Positions 19,131 to 29,112 of a DNA stretch of 64,000 bases are shown here, piece by piece. Source of the stretch: Candidatus Poriferisocius sp. (GTDB lineage: Bacteria > Actinomycetota > Acidimicrobiia > Acidimicrobiales > Bin134); assembly GCF_965204145.1 (NCBI RefSeq), contig NZ_OZ241977.1:2655811-2719810 (forward strand), written 5' to 3'. Position numbers and translations under genes: made by a program. How positions within the stretch are numbered: the first letter of the stretch is position 1; each line of letters opens with the position of its first letter. Under the pieces are notes generated by a model. That model did not search any database and was not told where the DNA came from. It worked only from the letters and a program-made list of their open reading frames with translations.

Positions 19131-19334
19131 CGGCGGGATCAGGCAGGTCGGCGCCGTCGAAGCGGGGGTGGTGTTTGATCTTGCGCCAGACGCGAAAGGC
19201 GGGTCGTGTCGGTATTTGGGGGAAGGCCGCGGTGTTCGACCATTGGGTGAACTCCGATACCGGCACAAGTTCCGGCTTTCCGTCCACCATGGTGCGGAAA
19301 TGGGCCGGCGAACTCGCCGGTCCGGGATAGATGG

Positions 19335-22300
19335 CTACATGCGGCTCATCGGGGTCGCCCTCAAAGCCACCCCCGAGGCTCGGCTCGGGGGCTGAGCTTG
19401 CGGACGGCAACGAGCGCGACGGTGTAGCGGCCGTCGACCCCGTCGAACGCCCACTGCTTGGTGTTGAGGCAGGTGACGACGGAGAAGACCGGGTGACCGC
19501 CACCAGTGCCACCGTGTAGGAGTTGTGGACCCCCTCGAACACCCAGCCCTTGTGGTTGATGACCGTGGCCACCGATAGCCGCATCGGGCTGGGTAACCCC
19601 CCCCCCCCCAGCGCTTGATTTCGTCGACAATAGGAGCGCCGACGATCTCGGTACGCCAGTTGGCCATGCCAGCGTCAGATACTGCGGACCGGGGCAGCAC
19701 CATTCCGATCTTGCCCCCGTCACGGCACAGGGCGAGGTTGGCCCAGGAGAACGCTTTGTAGAGGTCGGTTTGGCCTGATCCGAGGTTCGGGAACGTCGCT
19801 CGCAGCACCAGTTTCAGAGCTTCGGCCCGCTCCCTCTCGCCTTCGAACTCTTCAGCCAGATCTGGCCGCTGTGCCTCCAGGGCATCAATGCGGGCTCGCC
19901 GCTTCGCCACCGGCAGCGACCTGACGCCCGGTAGGTGCATCCCCCACCAGACTTCCCGGTCCACCACTACCTTCTCCCATGGGGGATTGCCCAGCAGGCA
20001 GTCGAAGCCGCTTCGCTCGGTTCGAGCAAACACTTCTGGCCACACGGTCGGATAGTGGACCGGGGTCATTCGCTCCACCGCGGCACGCACGGCTGGTTGT
20101 TCGGCTAGGGCGGCCACCTTCTCTGGGCTGAAGTCGAAGTCCTTGTGTATTTCAATGACCCCCGCCCGCACTGCGGTGGCCACATCGAAAACGGCTTCGG
20201 CCGGCAAGACAGCCTCACGGGTCTGGGCATGGGCAGTTCGGGCTGCTTCGATCTCGGCCTTGTCTGCGTCATTGAGCCGTCCGAGTCGAGCCAAGGGTGC
20301 TTGGCAGGCTTCCAAGAGACTCTCCAACTGATGGACAAACAGCGATGCCCCGTCTTTGCTCCCCTTCGGCGCAACCGCTACGGCCGCATCATCCACCGAC
20401 GCCACCCCCGTGAGGCTGTCGCCTTGGACCAGGTTGTGGTCTAGGAACGAGAGAGGGAGGCCGGGGACGAAGGTGTGGACCCAGATGGCGAGGCGGGCGA
20501 GTTCCACGGCGACACGGTTCTTGTCAACGCCGTAGACGCAGTGGCGGGCCACTTGGCGACGCAGCAGGGAGCCGGATTCGATCGGCACGCCGTCGGCCAG
20601 GTCGCCTAGGGCTTCGAGAGCGGTGGTGCGCAAACGGTTCAACTCTGCGGTCACCGCGGCTACGGGGTGGAGGGTGAGCCAAGCCGACAGGCGGGCCTCG
20701 ATGCGGTCGACGGCGGCCACCAAGAAGTGGGCAGAGCCCATGGCGATGTCGGCGCAGCGGAAGTCGAAGAACGCCTCGGCCACCGCAGCGTCGTCTCCTC
20801 CCTCTCGAAGTTCGTCAAGTCGGGCGATGTGGTCGTCGAGGGCGGGCTCCAATGCGTTGTCGAGCAGGTGCTCGACGGCGAACGGCTTAGTGAAGTAGGA
20901 GCCGGTGGCCTTGCGTACCCCGGAGCGGTTGTGGAAGTACACCACACCGGCCTCCACCACTACGTCATCGTCGTCGACCGCGGGCACGTACTGCTCTTTG
21001 CCCTTGATGGTCTTGATGGTGAGGTCGTCTTGGGCCACAGACAGCTTCGACTCCAGTAGGCCCTCGTAGATGGTGCCGAACTCCCGCACGGACAGCGACC
21101 GGAAGTCCACCGGCCCCACCCCCTCGGGACTCTGGTCCACCAGCACCGAGGAGAGAGCGGGACCGAACTCGGCGTTCGTGAGGCTGATGTGGGCGATTGC
21201 TGCTCCCGATGGGCTCACCACGAGATCAGCGGAGAACAAGCCGCCGTTGTAGGCAGGCACGCCCCAGTCGGCATTGCCGTGGTTGACGGCGTCCCACAGC
21301 TGGTTCACGTCGTCCCACAGATCGGTGGCCTGCTCGTCATATTCGGCACGGCCCAGGTGGCGATCATCGGCCAGCAGCCGGGCTATGTGTGACAGCGAGT
21401 GGTCGGCGTAGCGCCCGTTGGTGCGATAGGGCAACAGGTCTTTGTCCTCGGCATAGGCCACGAACAGCAGCCGGAACAGAATCACCATCACCTGCTCGTA
21501 GGCATCGGCTAGGTCGCTCTCGCCCAAGTCGTCTCCGTGTCGATCACGGGACAGCCGGGCGGCTACCGCTTTGGCCAGCGCCGGGACCGTCTGGTGGTAC
21601 ACCCGCTCTCGCAGCCGCACGGCCAACTCGGCAACGAAATCGGCCGAGTGCTCGAGAATCTCGTCGAGGGTGCCCTCGTCGGCCAGCGCGTCGGCCGAGA
21701 ACAGCAGGTGCAGGTAGCCGGCCAGCTCGTTGGGAACCAGCGACAGGTTCAACTCCACGAAGGTCTCGGCCCGGCCCTTGCGACCCACGCCGGTATCGGG
21801 GCGAGCGGCGTAGAGGCGGATCTCCGATGACCGGGTGAGAATCACCCAGTCCACCCGGTGCTGGTCGGCCAAAGCCAGAGCTCTTGACACCGGGGAGGTG
21901 TTGTCGAACCGGTTAGAGGGCGCCTCGAAGGGCTCGTCCTCATCGCAGAACACGGCCACCGCATGATTGCGGCCGTCGATGGTGAGCATGGAGGCGTTGG
22001 TGGCCAGCGTCTCGATGTGAAAACCCAAGCCCTCGACCAGTCGTCGGCCCCGACGCCCCAGAAGCGCCAGTGACTTGTGGCTGGCGGTCGGCCAGTCTGT
22101 TCGATCCGGTACGCCAGCCCTGAGTTCTTGGGTGGCCAACAGGCCCACGTTGCGGAGCCCGGGGAAGGGTGATTCCAGCTCGGGCATGGCCGCCAACAGG
22201 AACCGGGTGGCAGCGTGGTGGTTGGGCTCGCTCAGCGCCACCTCGGCCAGACGCTCGGCCTGCGACACTTCGAGGTCGTGGTGGACCACCGGTGGCTCCC

Positions 22301-22565
22301 CCACCGGACCGCACAGAGAAACCCGCTGGCCCTCAGCAGTGGGATAGAACGCCACCAGCAATACCGGGCTGGCCCGCCCGGCCCGCCGCTTCGACCATCC
22401 ATCACGGAGTTCTGCTGCCCTGGGCTTGCCTGACGCTCGAACCAGCGTCACCTCCAACCCGCTGGGAGCATCTTGAACGAACACCCCCGCCGGTGTCAGT
22501 GATGACGGAAACCCGGATGGCGCCGACCAAGAGGTGGGATCCCGGTCTACGAGGAAGTCGTCCAT
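19335..22565 (-). CDS. large N6-adenine DNA methyltransferase (type IIG / PglX / DrmMI-like); meaningful frame ends at the G13 tract (about 19610)
   Basis: SAM motif I is 'DIAMGSAHFLVAAV' and catalytic motif IV is 'LLGNPPWEKV'. A long N-terminal region ('NHAVAVFCDEDEPFE...VDWVILTRSSEIRLY') resembles the nuclease-like N-domains of fused R-M enzymes. After '...IVDEIKRW-GGGG' the listed frame becomes Arg/Pro-rich nonsense. Confidence 0.8.
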   Translation of the reverse strand: MDDFLVDRDPTSWSAPSGFPSSLTPAGVFVQDAPSGLEVTLVRASGKPRAAELRDGWSKRRAGRASPVLLVAFYPTAEGQRVSLCGPVGEPPVVHHDLEVSQAERLAEVALSEPNHHAATRFLLAAMPELESPFPGLRNVGLLATQELRAGVPDRTDWPTASHKSLALLGRRGRRLVEGLGFHIETLATNASMLTIDGRNHAVAVFCDEDEPFEAPSNRFDNTSPVSRALALADQHRVDWVILTRSSEIRLYAARPDTGVGRKGRAETFVELNLSLVPNELAGYLHLLFSADALADEGTLDEILEHSADFVAELAVRLRERVYHQTVPALAKAVAARLSRDRHGDDLGESDLADAYEQVMVILFRLLFVAYAEDKDLLPYRTNGRYADHSLSHIARLLADDRHLGRAEYDEQATDLWDDVNQLWDAVNHGNADWGVPAYNGGLFSADLVVSPSGAAIAHISLTNAEFGPALSSVLVDQSPEGVGPVDFRSLSVREFGTIYEGLLESKLSVAQDDLTIKTIKGKEQYVPAVDDDDVVVEAGVVYFHNRSGVRKATGSYFTKPFAVEHLLDNALEPALDDHIARLDELREGGDDAAVAEAFFDFRCADIAMGSAHFLVAAVDRIEARLSAWLTLHPVAAVTAELNRLRTTALEALGDLADGVPIESGSLLRRQVARHCVYGVDKNRVAVELARLAIWVHTFVPGLPLSFLDHNLVQGDSLTGVASVDDAAVAVAPKGSKDGASLFVHQLESLLEACQAPLARLGRLNDADKAEIEAARTAHAQTREAVLPAEAVFDVATAVRAGVIEIHKDFDFSPEKVAALAEQPAVRAAVERMTPVHYPTVWPEVFARTERSGFDCLLGNPPWEKVVVDREVWWGMHLPGVRSLPVAKRRARIDALEAQRPDLAEEFEGERERAEALKLVLRATFPNLGSGQTDLYKAFSWANLALCRDGGKIGMVLPRSAVSDAGMANWRTEIVGAPIVDEIKRWGGGGYPARCGYRWPRSSTTRAGCSRGSTTPTRWHWWRSPGLLRRHLPQHQAVGVRRGRRPLHRRARCRPQAQPPSRASGVALRATPMSRM
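19597..19609. repeat. homopolymer C13 (G13 on the coding strand) inside the methyltransferase
   Basis: Counted directly: 'gggtaa ccccccccccccc agcgc'. Confidence 0.95.
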
Positions 22566-22690
22566 CTACCAGGCCTTGCCGCTGCCCGAATTGTCTCTAG
22601 AGATCGCAATGTAATGACGACATTGTGTAGCAGATACAAGTCTGATGTGAGCCACTGAGATGCTGTCACTGGCGTCAGTAGACTTATTAC

Positions 22691-23857
22691 ATGGAATCTG
22701 GGACTTTGACCAGGGGAAATGCAAAGACTGGCGTGCACGTCCATGCAGTAGACGTGGCCGGGCTGGACGACGCTTCTCTGGATTTGCGGCTGCGTCAGAT
22801 TGGGCGGGCTCGCAATCAGTTGGACGGGTTCTTGGCCGAGGTTGTCGCGGAGAAGAAACGGCGCACGAGCCCTTATGACACCGCCAATGCCCTGAAGTCT
22901 GAGTTGCGCCAGTCGGGCCAGCAGGCTCAGCGAACCATGCGCGACGCCGAGCAGCTTGAATCGCTGCCGACTACTCGGGGGGCGCTGGCCGACAGCCGGA
23001 TCACCACCGAGCACGCCCGCATTCTCGGCGCGGCTTCTCAGACAGGCCCGCTGGACGAGGAGAAGATGGTGGCCGCTGCTGAGACGCAGACCCCTGAGCA
23101 GCTGCGGCGCACGGTGCGCGATCACCAAGACGAACTCGCCGGCGACGCTGAGGGCGCCAAGCGCCTAGAGCGCCAGCAGAAGGCCCGCATGGCCAGCTTC
23201 ACCGAGCAAGACGACGGCATGTGGCGCCTGTTCGCTTTGTTCGACCCCATCACCGCCCAGCGCATCCGGGCCGCGCTCAACCACAAGACCGACATGGCGT
23301 GGCACGCCACCACCGGTCGAGAGCGCCTTGACGCCCGCCATCGCCGGGCCGATGCCATCGCTGAACTGCTGACCCGAACCACAGACGGCGAAGCCGGACA
23401 ACCCCAGCCCACCAGCCTGCTGATCCTCGCTGACTACGACGCCATCGACCGCCAACTCGGCAACCCCCGCCTGGCCGACGGCACCCCGATTCCCCAAGGC
23501 GAATTCCGCAAGCTGGCCTGCGATGCCGAGATCCTCACCGGAATCTTCGACGCCGACCTGCAATGCCTCTCACTGGGCCGCCAACGCCACCCCAGCCCCC
23601 AGCTCAGAGCCGCCATCACCGCCCGAGACCAAGGCTGCATCGGCTGCGGGGCCGAACCCGAATGGTGCGTCTCCCATCACATAATCGAATGGCAATACGG
23701 AGGCCCCACCCAACAAGACAACCTCGTGTTGCTCTGCCACCCCTGCCACCACAAAGCCCACCACCGCAACTGGACAGTCGAACACCACCCCGACACCCAC
23801 CGCCCCTACCTCAAACCCCCCTGGCAACAACCCCTCGAACCACCCCAACGACGCTGA
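22691..23857 (+). CDS. DUF222 / HNH endonuclease domain protein (actinobacterial '13E12-repeat' type)
   Basis: 388 aa. The C-terminal part has 'CIGCGAEPEWCVSHHIIEWQYGGPTQQDNLVLLCHPCHHKAHH', an HNH motif. The N-terminal helical DUF222-like region contains 'AAETQTPEQLRR'. Confidence 0.8.
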   Translation: MESGTLTRGNAKTGVHVHAVDVAGLDDASLDLRLRQIGRARNQLDGFLAEVVAEKKRRTSPYDTANALKSELRQSGQQAQRTMRDAEQLESLPTTRGALADSRITTEHARILGAASQTGPLDEEKMVAAAETQTPEQLRRTVRDHQDELAGDAEGAKRLERQQKARMASFTEQDDGMWRLFALFDPITAQRIRAALNHKTDMAWHATTGRERLDARHRRADAIAELLTRTTDGEAGQPQPTSLLILADYDAIDRQLGNPRLADGTPIPQGEFRKLACDAEILTGIFDADLQCLSLGRQRHPSPQLRAAITARDQGCIGCGAEPEWCVSHHIIEWQYGGPTQQDNLVLLCHPCHHKAHHRNWTVEHHPDTHRPYLKPPWQQPLEPPQRR

Positions 23858-24138
23858 CCCGAAGCGCCTAAAGCGTCTTAGTCAGCGCGTGGGCGGGGGC
23901 ATGGGTTTGTCGTGGCGGGCCCATTGGAATCTGGAATGGAAATGGTGGAGTCGAGCTGCCTCGTGAACCTGGGTCGGGCATTTTTGGAGAATGTCTAGTA
24001 TGTGACACGAATGTGTAGTGCATGGCTGCTGGAGGGAAGTGGCATCGAATGGCTTGATGGGCCAGTCCCTGGCAATCACAGCATGGAACCAAACGGAGTG
24101 CTCATGCGTTTAGTTCGTGATTGCTGGGAGGCACTCCG

Positions 24139-27100
24139 ATGAACTCCGATATGACGCAGGCAGCAGTGAAGTATCGCGACCACGGTTGGGGCACTGGGAG
24201 GCGGAAGTCTGGACGGCAGCTGGCAGTCACCTTCCTGGTCGTTTCGACCCTGATAGGCACGGTCATCGTGGCCGACATGGATGCGGTCCGAGCACAGGGC
24301 TCGGCTGTCACCGGTACCGAGAGGGAAGACGTCCAGCTCCGCGACAATCTGATCGCCAACCAGGAGTCGCTGCTGAACGCCTACCGCTGCCTGTTCAACA
24401 TCGACACCCAAATCGTGCCCGGCGGCTGCGTCAACAGGAAGCCCGAACCCCAGACAGGCAGCACTGCAACGGCTGGCCCCCGGGACGACGCCGCCTCGAC
24501 ACCAGTGCAGGTGAGGTTCTCATCAGCGGCCTACTCCGCAGCAGAAGGAACGACCGCGCAGGTGACAGTGCTGCTCGACACAGCCCCCAACCGCACCGTG
24601 GTCATCCCGCTGACGTATACCTTCCAGGATGGGGCCACCTCCGCCGACGCGGGAACATTGCCCACCAACGTCACCTTCGCTGCCGACGACACCGCCAAGA
24701 TCATCACCATTGACATTGTCGACGACAGCCATGCCGACCCCGGAGAGTCAATCAGAGTCGCAATCGGCTCCCCCCTGCCAGACGGAGTCACCACCGGCAC
24801 CACCCGCCAAACCGCCGTCGACATCACCGATGTCAATCGGCCAGCTACCAATCGGGGAGAGATTGATGTCTATGTGTTCTATTGCGCTGCGGAAAGCCGA
24901 GGCTACAACCAGGCCGATTTGACTTTTGAAGCCAACAGAATCAACGAGGTCGTGGGTGGCTTCTTTTCGAGGGAATCTTCAGGGTTGTCCACTTTGAGGT
25001 TCTTACCCGGCGGCATAGTCTCGCCCGACCTTGATTGGGAAAGTACAACCATCGGCGGCGAAAGGCTCAGGTTGATTGATGACCCCAACCACCAAGGAAT
25101 ACGCAATTGCTTTTCCGAGGCAGATCCGCCAGGCGAGAGCCAACACTACGTGTTTCTGGTGGACTTACTTCCAAGCTGGTCTGCTGGTGGCTTTGCCTGG
25201 CCCAACGCGAACTTCCCAAATTTGGGAGGGCGGGTATCTATTGCCGTGGCACCAACCGTTGAATCGAGATACGAAGGAAGTTATTTCTGTAGCAGCAGCG
25301 GTGGCCGACCACACCGAGTGCGAGAACAACCTGGCACCATTCTGTCAGCCCTTCAAACAACTTTTTTTGATACTAGAGATGGAATCGACTGCCGCTACGT
25401 CTCGTACTGGAGATACCTCTTCACGATTGGCCACGAGATCGGGCACTCGGTATACGAGCTCGACCACCCTCCGGGCTGCTCGATCATGGGCAAGGGATAC
25501 ACACCAAGCAGCAAGTGCCCGACGATCTACTTGGACGAGGAGATGCGGACTTCGAACTTCTTGAATGGGCTCTACGTCGATTGCGCTGACCGCGAGAAAT
25601 TGGGCTGGCCCATTGTGGCGCGAGAAGACTGCTCATCTCCTCCACCACCGGTCGAGGTCGGTTTCGAGTTCGCGTCTTACAGCGCTGAAGAGGGCACGAC
25701 CGCGCAAGTCACCGTGGAACTGGATGCCGTCCCCTTCCGCACCCTGACCATCCCGCTGACGTATGCCTTCCAGGGCGGGGCGACAGCCGCCGACACCGGA
25801 ACACTGCCGACCAGCGTCACCTTCGGCCCCAACGACAAGACCAAGATAATCACCATCCCCGTCAACAACGATGACGACGACGAGGTCGGCGAAAGAGTTG
25901 AAATCTCGTTCGGAACCCCCCTTCCCGCCGACGTCACCCTCGCAGGGAGACCCGACCCCGTCCAAACCACGGTCAGCTTCACCGACTCAGCCCCACCGCA
26001 AGTCCAGGTCAGCTTCGCGTCGACCACCTACACCGCCGCCGAGGGCACCACCGGGCAGGTCATCGTGCAACTCGACAGAGCGCCGGGACGCCGCCTGGTC
26101 ATCCCGGTTACGGCCATCTACCAGAACGGGGCCAACCACACCGACGTGGTGCGGGACCAGTCCAGCGTTACGTTCGAAGCCCACGAGACAACCAGCACAC
26201 ACGCATTCGACGTCTTGAGCGACAACCTCAGCGAACCCGGCGAAGGCATCAAGTTCGCGATCGAGGGCCCCACCGATTTTGTGGACTACGCCACCTATCT
26301 CTCAGCTCGTCCCCTTCCTGCCGGAGTCACCGTAGGAACCCCCAGAAGTACCATCGTCACCTTCATCGACACTCCCCCGCCGCAAGTCCAGGCCAGCTTC
26401 GCGTCGGCCACCTACACCGCAGCCGAGGGCACCACCGCGCAGGTCACCGTCCAACTCGACCAAGCCCCCCAACGCACCGTGGTCATCCCGCTCACGACCA
26501 CCCTCCAAGGCGGCGCCACCGCCGCCGACTTCGGAACACTGCCGGCCAACGTCACCTTCACAGCCAACGAGACCTCCAAGACACTGTCATTCACCGTCAC
26601 CGACGACGGCCTCAGCGACCCCGGCGAATCCATCCGACTCTCGCTCGGAACCGCCCTGCCCGACAGAGTCACCGCTGGAACCCCCAGCCAAACCACCGTC
26701 AGCTTCACCGACTCCACTCCACCGCAAGTCCAGGTCAGCTTCGTTTCGGCCGTTTACACCGCCGCCGAGGGCACCACCGCGCAGGTCACCGTCCAACTCG
26801 ACCAAGCCCCGAGACGCACCCTGGTCATCCCGATTGCAAGCACCTACCACAACGGAGCCAACCGCGCCGACATGGCGGGCGTTAAGAATCCAGTGAACGT
26901 GACGTTCGGACCGCACGAAACAACCAGCACGTTCACATTCGACGTCTTGAGCGACAACTTCAGCGAATCCGGCGAGGGAATCAGATTCGAGATCGAGGAC
27001 TACTCCCACAGTCGCCTGCCCGAAGGAGTCACCGTCGGCACCCCCCGACAAACCACTGTCACCTTCACCGACTCTGCCCCGCCGCAAGTCCGAGTTCGCT

Positions 27101-28158
27101 TCGCGTCGGCCACCTACACCGCAAACGAAGGCACCACCGCGCAGGTCACTGTGGAACTGGACAAGGCACCCAAACGCACCGTGGTCATCCTGCTCACGAC
27201 CACCCTCCAAGGCGGTGCCACCGCCGCCGACTTCGGAACACTGCCAACCAACGTCACCTTCACAGCCAACGAGACCTCCAAGACACTGTCGTTCGCCGTC
27301 ATCGGCGACGGCCGTGGGGACCCCGGCGAATCCATCCGACTCTCGCTCGAAACCTCCCTGCCCAGCGGGGTCACCGCCGGCACCCCCTCACAGACCATTG
27401 TCAACATCACCGACACCGAGTTGTCCCCAATCACCGTAAGTTTCACATCATCCACCTACTCGGTGTCTGAGGGAAACCTCGCAAGCGTGAGGTTGACGTT
27501 GAATAAAGCCCCAGGCCGCACCGTGACAATCCCGCTGACGTATGCCTACCAGGACGGGGCCACCGCCGCCGACTTCGGACGGTTCGGATTAGCCCCCGCC
27601 AATATCGTCTTCGGTCCCAACGATGTCGCAATATCCTTTGGTCCTGACGTCGTCGATGACGGCTTCGCTGATGCGGGAGAATCATTCACAGTCGCGATCG
27701 GGCCCAACTTGCCCGCTGGAGTCACCGCCGGCACTCCCAGACAAGCAACCGTCAACATCACCGACACCGGCCTTCAGCAACTCCAGGTGGAGCTATTCAC
27801 AGACTCAACTACCGCTGCTGAAGGAACATGGGCTCATGTCGGCGTCGTATTCAGCGCTACCCCCAAGCGAACCCTCGTCATCCCGTTCACGGTCACATTC
27901 CAGGGCGGTGCCACCGAAGACGACATTCATGATTTGACCCTGGGGAGAAAGGACCCTGACACCGGAATCTTTACCGCCACGTTCCCGATCGGCGTTGGGT
28001 CCAAACCAATCACATTCGATGTCGTGACAGACGACCTAGTCGAGACCGGCGAATCAGTCACTATCTCCATCGGCTCTTCACTTCCCGAAGGAGTAACGCT
28101 CGGCACCCCCAGCCAAATCACCATCACTCTCACCGACCCACCCGAACCCGAGGCTTGA
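24139..28158 (+). CDS. large secreted or anchored protein: eight Calx-beta-like repeats plus an embedded HExxH (zinc-peptidase-like) region
   Basis: The ATG at 24139 sits behind GGGAGG. An N-terminal hydrophobic segment is 'LAVTFLVVSTLIGTVIVA'. Eight ~110-aa repeats fit the form 'FASATYTAAEGTTAQVTVQLD.AP.RTVVIPLT....GGATAADFGTLP.NVTF...E.SKT..F.V.DDG..DPGESI'. 'TIGHEIGHSVYELDH' lies at 25432 onward, between repeats 1 and 2. Confidence 0.75.
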   Translation: MNSDMTQAAVKYRDHGWGTGRRKSGRQLAVTFLVVSTLIGTVIVADMDAVRAQGSAVTGTEREDVQLRDNLIANQESLLNAYRCLFNIDTQIVPGGCVNRKPEPQTGSTATAGPRDDAASTPVQVRFSSAAYSAAEGTTAQVTVLLDTAPNRTVVIPLTYTFQDGATSADAGTLPTNVTFAADDTAKIITIDIVDDSHADPGESIRVAIGSPLPDGVTTGTTRQTAVDITDVNRPATNRGEIDVYVFYCAAESRGYNQADLTFEANRINEVVGGFFSRESSGLSTLRFLPGGIVSPDLDWESTTIGGERLRLIDDPNHQGIRNCFSEADPPGESQHYVFLVDLLPSWSAGGFAWPNANFPNLGGRVSIAVAPTVESRYEGSYFCSSSGGRPHRVREQPGTILSALQTTFFDTRDGIDCRYVSYWRYLFTIGHEIGHSVYELDHPPGCSIMGKGYTPSSKCPTIYLDEEMRTSNFLNGLYVDCADREKLGWPIVAREDCSSPPPPVEVGFEFASYSAEEGTTAQVTVELDAVPFRTLTIPLTYAFQGGATAADTGTLPTSVTFGPNDKTKIITIPVNNDDDDEVGERVEISFGTPLPADVTLAGRPDPVQTTVSFTDSAPPQVQVSFASTTYTAAEGTTGQVIVQLDRAPGRRLVIPVTAIYQNGANHTDVVRDQSSVTFEAHETTSTHAFDVLSDNLSEPGEGIKFAIEGPTDFVDYATYLSARPLPAGVTVGTPRSTIVTFIDTPPPQVQASFASATYTAAEGTTAQVTVQLDQAPQRTVVIPLTTTLQGGATAADFGTLPANVTFTANETSKTLSFTVTDDGLSDPGESIRLSLGTALPDRVTAGTPSQTTVSFTDSTPPQVQVSFVSAVYTAAEGTTAQVTVQLDQAPRRTLVIPIASTYHNGANRADMAGVKNPVNVTFGPHETTSTFTFDVLSDNFSESGEGIRFEIEDYSHSRLPEGVTVGTPRQTTVTFTDSAPPQVRVRFASATYTANEGTTAQVTVELDKAPKRTVVILLTTTLQGGATAADFGTLPTNVTFTANETSKTLSFAVIGDGRGDPGESIRLSLETSLPSGVTAGTPSQTIVNITDTELSPITVSFTSSTYSVSEGNLASVRLTLNKAPGRTVTIPLTYAYQDGATAADFGRFGLAPANIVFGPNDVAISFGPDVVDDGFADAGESFTVAIGPNLPAGVTAGTPRQATVNITDTGLQQLQVELFTDSTTAAEGTWAHVGVVFSATPKRTLVIPFTVTFQGGATEDDIHDLTLGRKDPDTGIFTATFPIGVGSKPITFDVVTDDLVETGESVTISIGSSLPEGVTLGTPSQITITLTDPPEPEA

Positions 28159-28171
28159 CCGAATCGTTGAG

Positions 28172-29065
28172 TTAGCTGATCAAACCAGCTAACTCTTCAA
28201 CATGATGGCGCCACTCTTCGGGGGAGAGGGCTAGGGGGACGAGCAATACGTGCTCTAGGCCGGCGTCGACGTAGGGGGCCAGGGTTTCGGCTACGTGGTC
28301 GACATCGCCGATGACCATTTCTCGGTCGCCGTAGCCGTCGCCGACCACTGACCAGCGGCCGGCGGCATCCAACGGGTCGCCCAGGCGGAGTTCCATGTGG
28401 ATGGAGATGGTGGTCTCCTGATGGGCACGGCCAAGACGGTCTTGCTCGGCTCGCAACACAGCAAGGCGCTCGGCGAAGACCTCGGGTGGGGCCCAGGTGC
28501 CCATCCAGCCATCACTTCTTGCGGCTCGGCGGAGGGCTCCGGGGGATGATCCGCCGATCCAAATTGGGATCGGTGCCGCGGGCTGGGGGTTGATTCGCAC
28601 GCCGGAGAAGCTGAAGAACTCGCTCTGAAACTCGGTAGCCCCCGACCAGGCGGCCCGCCACCCGTTGATGTAGTCGTCCAAACGCTGAGCCCGGTGCACC
28701 ATGGGCACGCCGCAGGCCTCGAACTCGGGCTCCAGCCATCCGGCTCCCACTCCGAGGATGGTGCGGCCCGGGGCCAGCCAGTCGAGGGTGGCCCATTGCT
28801 TGGCGAATTGCATGGGGTTCCGATAGGCGGGGATCAGCACCGACGTCCCCAGCCCCACCCGCTGGGTGTGAGCGGCCACGGCGGAGAGCAATGGCACCGG
28901 CTCGGGGAAGAACGACGGCATCCCCTCCAGATCGACCGGCACGGCCACATGGTCGGCGGTCCACACGTCGTCGAATCCGGCGGCCTCGGCCTGCTGGGCA
29001 GTCTCGACCAACAGTTCCAGGGAGGCTGCCCTGCCGAGTTGGGGCAGGTGGATGCCCCACCTCAT
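28172..29065 (-). CDS. LLM-class (luciferase-like) F420-dependent oxidoreductase
   Basis: 297 aa with 'FDDVWTADHV', 'LGVGAGW' and 'PIWIGGSSPGALRRAAR', the typical LLM/F420 family pattern. Confidence 0.75.
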   Translation of the reverse strand: MRWGIHLPQLGRAASLELLVETAQQAEAAGFDDVWTADHVAVPVDLEGMPSFFPEPVPLLSAVAAHTQRVGLGTSVLIPAYRNPMQFAKQWATLDWLAPGRTILGVGAGWLEPEFEACGVPMVHRAQRLDDYINGWRAAWSGATEFQSEFFSFSGVRINPQPAAPIPIWIGGSSPGALRRAARSDGWMGTWAPPEVFAERLAVLRAEQDRLGRAHQETTISIHMELRLGDPLDAAGRWSVVGDGYGDREMVIGDVDHVAETLAPYVDAGLEHVLLVPLALSPEEWRHHVEELAGLIS

Positions 29066-29112
29066 TGGCTTGTTGCCGCTCTGATCAAGTCCGCATCCAC
29101 GGCGACAACCGG

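Noticed and set aside
22607-22625. Short inverted repeat CAATGT-N7-ACATTG in the methyltransferase/HNH divergent spacer
   Set aside because: The 6-bp arms are of a length expected by chance in an AT-richer spacer. It is not reported as a feature.
22691-23857. DUF222-HNH protein as a third component of the methyltransferase/helicase system
   Set aside because: It is divergently transcribed. It also belongs to a family that is multi-copy and scattered in actinobacterial genomes, so there is no sequence-based reason to link it functionally. It is kept as a neighbour only.
25990-27430. Regularly spaced near-identical DNA repeats, considered as a possible CRISPR-like or other non-coding array
   Set aside because: The repeats are ~340-360 bp and lie in frame within one long ORF. 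They encode Calx-beta-like protein domains, and there is no short repeat/spacer structure.
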